Part shown: one piece after another, positions 24,095 to 33,586 of the stretch
How the letters are laid out: every line of letters begins with the position of its first letter
Numbering within the stretch: position 1 is the first letter of the stretch
Origin: Blastocladiella emersonii ATCC 22665
Taxonomy: Eukaryota > Fungi > Blastocladiomycota
DNA length: 64,000 nucleotides
Assembly (NCBI GenBank): GCA_025594325.1
Contig: JANHCV010000011.1
Coordinates: 1,302,001 to 1,366,000 of the forward strand
Direction: 5' to 3'
The notes under the pieces: model-generated
Database searches by the model: none
The model's input: only the letters and a program-made list of their open reading frames with translations
Told to the model about the DNA's origin: nothing
Made by a program: the position numbers and the translations under genes

Positions 24095-24532
24095 TCACAG
24101 CTTGTTGCGCGACTTGAGCTCGGCGAGGTCCGCGTCGCTCAGCGACGTCCACTGCTGCACCTTGCCAAAGTACCACCGGCGGATCTGGCGTGGTGCCGAG
24201 GGTCAGCGCTAAGGCATCCACGGGTAGACGGTGCAGCGACGTACCGGCGAGAAGATGTGCTCGTGCGGGCCGTAGTCGGTGTACATCATGGTGTAGAACC
24301 CGGCGCCTGTCCATAACAAGTTCATCAGATCCCGACTATCTCATCGCCATCGCCCGAACGCACCCAGCGACATGACAATCGACAGGGCGTGGATCTTGCG
24401 CATCCACGGCGGCGGGGCGAGCGACGACTCGGCCGACTTGACGCGCCGCGCAAACTTGTCCTTGAGGTGCGCCGGCACCGTGCCCGGGTCCGTCCACTGC
24501 GCCGGCCGCCGCATGTCCTTTTCCGTTGTCAT
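24095..24532 (-). CDS. Small single-pass membrane protein (3 exons, ~106 aa)
   Basis: MTTEKDMRR...IHALSIVMSLG|AGFYTMMYTDYGPHEHIFSP|IRRWYFGKVQQWTSLSDADLAELKSRNKL*; both introns canonical and frame-preserving. Confidence 0.75.
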
Positions 24533-24700
24533 GGTTGTTGATGCGTTGCAATCAATGAGAGAGGGGAGAGAGTGGACTGGTCGCCGGCGATCACGTTCGC
24601 TGGTTTTTGCGGCAGAGGACGGAGGACCGCCAGCGACCTCGCCTCCTTCGGCGCCCTCGCCCGCTCTCTCTCCCGCTTCCGTGCAAAACGCTCACCAACC

Positions 24701-25735
24701 ATGGATCACACGAAACAGCCGACCCTCGCGACTCTGGTGGGCACCCCGCAGGTCGCCGTGGCGCTTGCCGCGCACCTGGGCGGCGCCGCGCCGCTGGCGT
24801 CGCTGGTGGCGCCCGTGTCGCGGTCGACGCACGCCGCGCTGGCGGGCGACGCCGTGTGGGGTGCGCTGCTCGACGCCGCGTACCCGGTCAACCCGCACCG
24901 CGTCGTGCGGGTCCTCGGCGCCTCGCTCGACCTGCCCGAGTCGGCCCTCGCCGCGGGGTCCGCCGCGACCGTGTTCGCGCACTACCACGACCTGTACCGC
25001 CGCGTGGCTGCGGCCGCTGCTGATGCCGAAGAGGAGGCAGCTGCGGGTCCGTCGTCGTCGACGCTCCTCGCCGAGCGCATGGGCCGCATGGACCTCGCGG
25101 CGCACGCGGGCCACATCCCCGAGATCGACCCGGAGACGCACGCCGTGGCCAAGACGGCGTTCGAGCACATGGCCGCGTTCGAGGCGGCCGGCGGCGACCC
25201 GGCGCACCTGCAGTCGGCGGTCGCGGCCGGCGCGCGCGCGCTCGCCGTGTACCCGTTCCACCCGGGCGTCGCGCACCTGCTGGCGTTCGCCGCGTCGGTC
25301 GTCGGGCAGCTACCGCTCGCGCGCGAGCTCGCCGAGCACGGACTCGCGCTCGACCCCGAGTTCGACGACCTCGTCGAGCTGCACGCCAAGATCACCGCGG
25401 TGCTCCGCGACACGCCCGCCGACTCGCCGCTGCTCGCGAGCTTCACCCCGCCCACGCTCCGCCCGCGCCTCGAGCGCGCGCTCCGGTCCGCGTTCACTGC
25501 GCGGGACGCTGACAAGGACGGGCTGTGGGCCCCGCGCGAGCTCCAGGCGTTCATCGCGCATATGAACGGAGCCCGCCCGCCTGTCGAGTTCTGCTTCCAG
25601 TTTGTCCGCATGTTCGGCGGCCGCGACGACGGGAAGCTCACGGCCGATGGGCTCGTCGACTTTTTCGCGCAGCAGGCGGCGAATGAGCCCGACGAGACGG
25701 TCAAGGATTTCGCGAAGCTCGGGATCAAGGTCTAG
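24701..25735 (+). CDS. Protein with F-box-like N-terminus, TPR-like helices and C-terminal EF-hand pair
   Basis: Intronless ORF from ccaaccATG. EF-loop DADKDGLWAPRE and degenerate GGRDDGKLTADG; TPR-like ARELAEHGLALDPEF. Confidence 0.7.
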   Translation: MDHTKQPTLATLVGTPQVAVALAAHLGGAAPLASLVAPVSRSTHAALAGDAVWGALLDAAYPVNPHRVVRVLGASLDLPESALAAGSAATVFAHYHDLYRRVAAAAADAEEEAAAGPSSSTLLAERMGRMDLAAHAGHIPEIDPETHAVAKTAFEHMAAFEAAGGDPAHLQSAVAAGARALAVYPFHPGVAHLLAFAASVVGQLPLARELAEHGLALDPEFDDLVELHAKITAVLRDTPADSPLLASFTPPTLRPRLERALRSAFTARDADKDGLWAPRELQAFIAHMNGARPPVEFCFQFVRMFGGRDDGKLTADGLVDFFAQQAANEPDETVKDFAKLGIKV

Positions 25736-25834
25736 TGCGCTTGCGTGTCGTGTTTGTATCATCATAGAGTACTACTGTGTTAGGACTAGGCATTTGTATT
25801 GCTACGGTAGGGATGCTAGAGAGGGAGGGGAAGG

Positions 25835-27772
25835 CTAGACGCGGACGGTGCCCGTGGGCTTCGCGTCGCGCGACGACGAGGTGATGGTCGCGGTCGGCGT
25901 CGCCGTGGTCGAGGCCGAGACGGTCGACTTGTCAGCAATCGGCGTGGCCGTGGTGTCGACGCGGGTCAGCGTGAGGACAGTCGCCGTCGAGGTCGACGAC
26001 GTCGCGACGGGCGTGGCCGAAACCGACACAGAGGCCGACGACACGGAGATGGTGACTGTAGCCGTCGGGAGACTCGTCTGCGCCGTCGTAGCGGTCGCCG
26101 TGGCCGTGGTCGTCGAATTGGCGCCGATCTTCTCGGTCGAGCCCTTGGCCTTGAAGCTAAGCGCGGGGAGCGGCAACTTGCCGGTGCCCCAGATGTGGAA
26201 CGCCTTGTTGGCGGCGACCGAGCGGACGTGGAAGTCGAGCGAGTGCTCGTGGCTGACCTGGACGTCGATGTCGCCCGAGACCGACGCCTGGATCGGCGCG
26301 ACGGCCTTGGCGTTGGCAGAAAAAGAGAGGGAGACGGACGAGTCGAGCTCCAGAGCGAGATCAAAGACCGGGATCTTCCAGATGCGCAGACCGACGCCGA
26401 ACGAAGGGATGATGTGCGCAGAGATGCCGGCGCTGACCTCGCCCGAGAGCGTCGGCGGGTGCGGCGTCAGGGACATCTTGCCGACGGCCTTGGCCACGGG
26501 CTTCGCGAACAGGCCGTTCTGCGACTCGACGCTCCACTCGAACGGGTACGACATCTCCAGGCCCGCCGACAGCTTGAGCGAGGCCGCCATCTCGTACGTC
26601 GCGGCCGCCTTGACGCGCATCTCGGGCGACATGGACAGGATCCCGGGAATGCTGAACGGCGTGAGCGGCAGGACGAACACCTCGACCGAGAACAGGTCGG
26701 CCTTGTGCTCCTTGAACGTGCGCAGGAACAGGTCGAGGTTGCCGGCCAGGTCGCCGGCGAGGGCCACGCGGTACGTCTTGAGCGACGTGATGCTGCCGGT
26801 CGCCTCGAGACTGAACGTCGCGCGGCCGTGCACCGAGATATCCGCGCCGAGCTCCGTGACCGTCGAGTTGAGCAGCGCGATGAACGGCTTGACGGGCTTC
26901 CGCGCCTGCTTGTCCCAGTTGACGTTGAGGTCCCAGCTGACCTGCTTCTTGGCAATATCGCGGGGCGCGAGGTCGCCCGACGCCGCGGGCACGTCGTGCT
27001 GCGAGACCGACAGGGCAAAGGTGTCGATCACGTCCTCGTTGGCCGCGGCCTTGGCCGACAGAACGACCTTGGTCTCGCCGGCGGCCGCCGCCGCGGTGAC
27101 CTCGCGCACGCTGATCTCCTCCTTGCCGTTGCACTTCCACTGGCGCCCGACGAGCACCGCCCACTTGTCGCCCTTGGCCTTGGCCCACTCAGCGCTGGCC
27201 GCGGCCGCCGTCGTCGCGCTGTTGAACGTGAGCGTGACCGACTCGGACGCGCACTCGACAGCCGTGATCTGCGGGAAGTTGTCGAGGACGATGGTCGGGA
27301 CCTTGGTCTTGAGGTCGCACTTGGCCAGCATGACCGCGGGCTTGCCGGCGACGCTGTCGCGCGCGGGCACGTCCGCGACATACACGGCCTTGACGGCGGT
27401 CCGCGGCGCGTACCCCTTGCGCGGGATCGGCAGCGGGTGCATCGGGACCGGCTTGGCCTGCGCCGCGCCGCGCGAGCGGCCCATGTACTCGCCGTTCTAT
27501 GTGGTGCGCGGGAGAGGAGGGAAGTGAGTGGGGGGATCATGGTCGCGATCACCAGCGCGGCGTACCTTGCCCGTGCGCAGCACGTAGTCCGTGTCGGCGG
27601 GGTTCGCCGGCTTGACCAGGTACTCGTCGGCGGGGATCGGCAGCGGCACGTCGCGCATGTGCGGGACCTTGGAGCGGCACTTGGCCTTCTTGCTGCCGGC
27701 AGCCTCGGCGGGCGACGCCGCCGCGAGCAGCGCGAGGGCGGCCGTGGCCGCGAAGGCGAGTGGAGCGACCAT
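25835..27772 (-). CDS. Secreted beta-rich protein with Ser/Thr-rich tail (2 exons, ~622 aa)
   Basis: Signal peptide MVAPLAFAATAALALLAAASPAEA, intron 27565-27497, long exon 2. Resemblance to the fungal DUF7029/DUF7223 family is from memory and unverified. Confidence 0.8.
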
Positions 27773-28190
27773 GCTGGTCTAGTCTATGAAGCAATCTATG
27801 GACGACGGCGTCGCTGGAGAGCGGAGACCGGCCGTGTCCGCGAGAAGTTCATTTTGTACGGCTCGCGAACAGCGGCGGACCAGGAACCCGGTTTGCGGCC
27901 GAGACGCGGCCCTCGTTTCATCGTGACTACGCCACCGTACACTAGGCGGCGCCGCCCGAAACGGATTTTCATACGTTGCCTGTCTGCCGTGCACCAGACA
28001 CGAGGCACACGAGATGAACCCACCCTCGCGCGTGCGCGTGCAGTTCATTTCGCGATGGTCACGGTCCGCGCGCGACCGTGGCCAGCCTCACGCGACGGTG
28101 GCCGCTGAGCTCGTGCGCGAGAAGGTCGTGGGCTCCGTTTACGCGCGCTGTACACGCGCAACAAAGACGGCTAAACTGTAAGCGAAACGA

Positions 28191-28630
28191 CGTGGTTTAT
28201 AATTGATCGTAGGCGGGGCCCCAACGCCCGCTGCCACGCACGCGAGTGTAGGCGAGTGGTGCTTGTGATGGGATCCGTGATCCCGTCCCCGCCTCGCGTG
28301 CAGTGCACGCGCCGCGCGCTCACGACTCGGCCGCGCCGACGACGAGTGGCGGGACCTGCTGCTAGTCGTCGGCCTCCTCGACTGCTTCGCCGATGGGCGT
28401 GGTCGCGCGCGTCGGCTGCTTCTCGAGCTAAGCGGCGATACGGACGGGCAGCTGGCAGCTGCTGGCGACGACGTTGAGCGCGCGCCAGCGTGTAATCGAC
28501 TTGAACATGAGCCCCATGAGGAAACGCGGTGCGAGGGACTTGCGACAGCCGGCGCGCGATGCGAAGAGGGGGCCGTTGCCGGCCAGGAACAAAGCATCCG
28601 GCGACCGCGTGCTCGTTGAGTATGGTGGTT
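28191..28630 (-). pseudogene. Decayed, internally deleted copy of the 3' part and 3' flank of the ATP-grasp gene
   Basis: Reverse complement aligns to ~8860-8925 (TILDEYSVAGCFV vs TILNEHAVAGCFV) and ~9440-9787 (cagcaggtcccgccactcg, gggatcacggatcccatca, aattataaaccacg), with indels and stops. Confidence 0.8.
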
Positions 28631-29049
28631 GAGCGACATGCCCTCGCGGCTCGCGAGTCGTCGCATGAGCCCGTGGAGCAAACCACTACCTGGGAAGCAC
28701 GGCAGCGGCCGCACAGACAGTCTCGCGACGATGAGCAAGCGGCATAGCCATCCATCAAAAGGTCCTTGGGCGGCGAAGCGTAACTCGCGCGTACCGCGAC
28801 ATCCAGGACAGTTTAAACAAGCCGACGTGCGCAGCCGCAGGGCCTCAATGATGGCGCCGGCTGGTTGACGATGAATGAGAGCAGCGGGACGCGCGAGCGT
28901 GGCGGAATCGAATGTGATCTATCGCCGCAGCGACGTCAGCGTTCGAGCAGCTGACCGGGTCTCGCATCTCGAGCGGGAACATAAGGGAGGGCTTTCGTGT
29001 CGCGCGACGAAACGCCGCCGTGCGCGGAAGCAGATGGCATAGAGCCGCA

Positions 29050-29232
29050 TGAGGCGATGAGGGTGGCGACGCGCTTCTTGCGCGTTTCCTCCGCGTGGCG
29101 CCGTCGCTACCCGTGAAGTCGTAGGACGAGAAGGGCCGAATCACGGAGCGCAGACCATAAACAGTTCCTTGAACGAGATCTCAACGTCGTCGCCCTCGCG
29201 CTCGACGGCGGCAATGACCGCGTCGCACGACT
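29050..29232 (-). pseudogene. Fragment of the Elongin A-like gene (exon-intron-exon)
   Basis: Reverse complement matches ~11326-11530, including agtcgtgcgacgcggtcattgccgccgtcgagcgcgagggcgacgacg and cgcgcaagaagcgcgt. Confidence 0.85.
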
Positions 29233-29940
29233 CATATCGACTCCATAGTCACGTAGAGCAGAGATTGATTGCTGTAGCCGGCCCACGTCGTCTGTAAACG
29301 TTGCGATGTCCTTTGGAGTGGCATCCAACTGTCGTGGATCGGGATCATCTCCATACACATCCGCACATCCGCAAACCTCGCCAGGAAGCAGGTCATCTGC
29401 GCCGAATACTGCTGAGCTCGGGTGCGAAGAACGGCGAGCTCGGCAAGCGTCACGGCAAGCCGCGACTGGCGGCAGGCGTCATCACGAGAAGTCCGCTGCC
29501 GGGCGTCCTCGACCAGGTGCGTGGTGTGGTCAAGTTTTCGCAGCAAAGTCTCAAGGAATCTGAGCGCGAGTCGCAAGATCACGCGAACAGGTAGTTCTGC
29601 GCCGTAACGTTCAAGGTAGATTCCAAGAATGTTGGGGCGCTTCCCGCCGTCGTTCCCAGAGCGGGCGAGCAACGCCTCTGCTCGGGCCGCGATCGCTTGG
29701 CCCTCCTGCAGTAGCCGCTTGTGGCGGATGGTGCGGTCCGATTGCATCAAGTCTGACATTTAATCCATGTTGTGGTTGAGCGCTGCATGGCAAGTGCGTT
29801 TCCGAGAGGGAGAGTGAGCTGCGAGTGAGCGACAAGCGGGTGGTCGCGTGCGGGGGGCAGTCGGCGGAGCTGCTGCTCCCTGACGCTTCCTCTCTCCCCC
29901 TCCCCTCACTCCAACGCATCCTGCAACGCCACCAACGCCC

Positions 29941-31252
29941 ATGGACTTTTTGAAATCGATTGTGAGCCAGGTGAAGCAGCACGACGTGGGGAAGAAGAAG
30001 CGCGCGCTCGAAGAAGCGGCCGGCGCTCCGCCCGCCGCGGATGCGTCGTCGGCGCCGGCGCCCAAGCGCAAAAAGTACCTCAGCCGCGGCGAGCTCGAGC
30101 GGCTCGCTGCACAGGAGGCCGCTGCCGCCGCCGCCGCCGCTGCCGCAGCAGCAACAGCCGCCGCATCATCGTCGCCCTCCTCACCGGCTGTCGGGTCGTC
30201 GAAGCGGTCTCCGTCCCCGACGCGCTCCCGCGGCGGCGGCCGGTCCACGCCCGCACCCCCTGCCGCTGCCGACGACCCCGACGCATCCGCCGTGCCCGAG
30301 ATCCCCGCCGACGAAGTGGTCCGCCGGCTGCGCGCGCGCGGGCACCCGATCCGGCTGTTCGGCGAGTCGGACGCGGCGCGGATCGCGCGGCTGCGGACCG
30401 CCGAGGCCGAGCTGGCCGACGAGACGCGGCACAAGGGCCAGCGCAACGAGTACGCCAAGCAGCTCGCGCGCACCGAGGCCGGGCTCGCGCTCGAGATCCT
30501 GCAGCGGAGCGGCGCCAGCGGTATGGGAAGCGATGCAGCGTCGTCGTCGGGCGCGGCGGCTTCCGATCCAGCAAGCGACGCGGCTGCTGCCGCTGCCGCA
30601 GACGACACGGCGTCGGGACCCGGCACCGGCGCGACGGGCGCGACCGGCGGCGGCGTGTACAAGCCCGAGTACGACGTGACGCAGCTGTCGGGGTCGCTGC
30701 TAGCGACGGACCCGGACAAGTGCTTTGTGCTCGTGTACGTGTACCTGCGGCGGATGCTCGACGTGTGGGACTTGGAGCTGGCGGCGCGGCCCGACCGCGT
30801 CAAGCGCGGGGTCGCGGGCAAGCACGAGTACACCAAGTTCGTGCAGACCAAGGAGAACCTGCGGCCCTTCTTCAAGCTGCTCAAGCGCAAGGCCGTCGAG
30901 AACGACGTCATGGAGAAGATTGCCGATATCCTCAAGTATGTGCAGCAGCGCGAGTACGTCATGGCCAACGACTACTACCTCCGGCTCTCCATCGGCAACG
31001 CGCCGTGGCCCATTGGCGTGACCATGGTCGGGTACGTCGTCGCTCTCGCCGTCTTGAAGGCTTCGTACTCACCCCCACGACGTGACGTGCAGCATCCACG
31101 AGCGGTCGGCGCGCGAAAAGATCTTCTCGAACCAGGTCGCCCACGTCCTCAACGACGAGACCCAACGCAAATGGATCCAGAGCATCAAGCGCATCATGAC
31201 CTTTGCCCAGCAAAAGTTCCCGCCCGACGACCACGCCAAGCTTGTCGGCTAA
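29941..31252 (+). CDS. PRP18: Pre-mRNA splicing factor Prp18
   Basis: SFM/PRP4-like motif [18 protein letters not shown] and C-terminal domain [19 protein letters not shown]|[10 protein letters not shown]...[18 protein letters not shown]; one intron. Confidence 0.96.
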
Positions 31253-31283
31253 GCCCTCTGTCACGAATACATCTATTCCAACT

Positions 31284-31694
31284 CTACACCATGATCCCGC
31301 GCCGGCCCCACGGCCTCGTCTCCTCGCCATCCGCTGTCGCGGCGGCGGCAGCGCCCGGCCACGGCCACACGGCGAGCTGCATCCACGACGCGGACGGCAT
31401 CGCGAGCCTTGCGATCCGGCGCGACGGCGGCGGGCCGGGGACCCGCGCCACGGGCGGCGGCGGTGTCAGGCGCGGGCGCAGCGCGGCCGGCGGTGGACGC
31501 GAGTCGAACGATACGAGCGGCACGCGTGTTGGCTTGGTGCTGGTGCTCGCGAGTCGCGGCGAGCGCGCGACGATGGGCGCCGAGGTCGCGCGCGGTGCAG
31601 GTGCGGGGGCGGGGTCGCGCGGGCTTGGCCGAGGCGGGGACAGCGACGACGAGCGCGGCGCGAACGGGCGCAGCTGGGGTGGGTCGAAGGGCAT
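31284..31694 (-). CDS. Possible small Pro-rich hypothetical protein (136 aa)
   Basis: ATG follows a pyrimidine-rich leader and fills the gap between PRP18 and the C2 gene. No recognisable motif. Confidence 0.3.
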   Translation of the reverse strand: MPFDPPQLRPFAPRSSSLSPPRPSPRDPAPAPAPRATSAPIVARSPRLASTSTKPTRVPLVSFDSRPPPAALRPRLTPPPPVARVPGPPPSRRIARLAMPSASWMQLAVWPWPGAAAAATADGEETRPWGRRGIMV

Positions 31695-31994
31695 CTTGAT
31701 GAACGAATGAACGAGCGAGCGGACGTGGGCGGAGAGCCGCAGCGGCAGCGACCATGGCCTTCCTTCCTGCCGCTCGCCGGCCTCTCCGCCTCCTCGCCGA
31801 AGACGAAGACGACTTGCCCTGCATGGAACGCAGCGCCACAGCTGCAGCCCGCGGCCGCTGCGGTCGGCGTCGATTGGTCGCTTGGCCGGCGGCTGCGAGC
31901 GCGTGGATCATGCACGACCTCCTCTCGCTGCCCGACGCGTCCGTTGATGGTGTAGAACAACGATTTACTTCCTTCCCATTCATCCCACCCTTAC

Positions 31995-33360
31995 TCAATG
32001 GTACTGCTGCCCGGCGGCGGCCATCTTGGCCTTCTTCTTGAAGTGCGAGTTGGCCTTGGACGCGACGGTGCCGGCCACGACCATGCCGAGGGCGCCGGCG
32101 CCCAGCACGCCCGCGGCTACGGCGCCTGCGACGCCCGCCGTGTACCGGTTGAAGGGCGTCGAGGTCGGCATCGACGGGTGCGAGCTCGACGACGAGGAGG
32201 AAGAGGTGGCGGGGTACGGGTACGCGTTGGGCGGCGGGTGCTGCTGCTGCTGCTGCGGGTACGAGTGCTGCTGTTGCTGCTGATGTTGTGGTGGATATCC
32301 GTACGGCTGCTGCTGCTGAGGGTAACCGTACGCCTGCTGCTGTTGCTGTGGTGGATCTGCAGACCCGTACTGCTGCTGCTGGGGCGGGTAGGCGAACCCG
32401 TGCGCCGGCTGCTTCTCGTACTGCTGCTGCTGGTGGTGCGCTGGCGGGTAGCTGTACGGCTGCTGCGGCTGTTGCTGCGAAGGCGGTGGCGGCGCGTACG
32501 GCTGCTGCGGGGCCGCGTACTGCTGCGTATACAGGTTCGGGTTCTTCTGGTCGACGGGGTACGCCGACGATGGCGCGGCGGGCGTCGAGGACGGTGGCGG
32601 GTGGTACGGCGCAGGGGTGGCGGGCGACGAGTACGCGGACGACGACGGTGCTGGTGCTGCAGGGTACGGCGCAGCGTGCGAGCCCGTCGCCTGCGGCGGC
32701 TGCTGCTGGTAGCCCGTGAACTGCGGCTGCGGCTGCTGGACCGGGCGCGCGTGGCCTGTGAACTCGGGCTCGGGGCCGGGGAACGGGTACGCCGAGGCTG
32801 TCTTGGAATCAGTGGTCGAGGCGGGCGTGGCGCTGCCGCCGGCGTACGCGGGCGGGGTCGTCGCCGTTGCCGTAGCGGCCGCCATCCCACCACCGCCGGC
32901 GGCGCTGGGGCGGTGATGCCCCGGCCGGAAATCGAGCTTGACGTGCACCGCGCCCGCCGGCTTCCCCTTGCGCGTCGCGAGCGGGACCCAGATCTCGTCG
33001 CGGTGCGAGTGGAAGACGCGGTGCAGGTCGACGGTGGCGAGCCCTATCACGTCGTCGCTAAACATGTCCTTATCGAACGCCTCGAGCTTGAGGGCGACGA
33101 GGCCGTCGGCGGCCACGTCAAACGACAGCGTCTCGCCCCACTTCGGGTTGCGGCCGCCGCCGGAGTGCGGGCGCGAGCGCAGCGAGGTGCCCGACCCGAC
33201 GAGCGTGGTCACCACGTACGGCGACATTTGGCCGAATAGCTCGCGGTCGCGCAGGTCGCGGCCGGCGACTACGGGGAGGGAGGGAGGGTGAGTGTGGGTC
33301 GTGAGAGGGTCCAAGCGGCGGCGACGGACCGAGGGTGACGTCGAGCTTGCCGATGGGCAT
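31995..33360 (-). CDS. C2-domain protein with Pro/Gln/Tyr-rich tail
   Basis: MPIGKLDVTL|VAGRDLRDRELFGQMSPYV...GGRNPKWGETLSF...AFDKDMFSDDVIG; one intron; PQY-rich C-terminus. Confidence 0.88.
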
Positions 33361-33586
33361 GCTGCTGAGGATGATGGATTGGGTGATGCGGTTGGGTCGA
33401 GTTGCGTTGTCGGTGGGGCTCACGCTCGCCTTAAAGGTTCATTCGCTGCGTGTATCGAGTGTGCGTGCGGGGAGAGCGAGAGCACGGACCTCGCCTGCTC
33501 GCATCGAGCGCCAAGCCCTGAGCAACGCTGATGCACACGCGGCGCGCCACTCGGCTTCTGGAAGGATCTGTATCGGAGTCGGTCTT

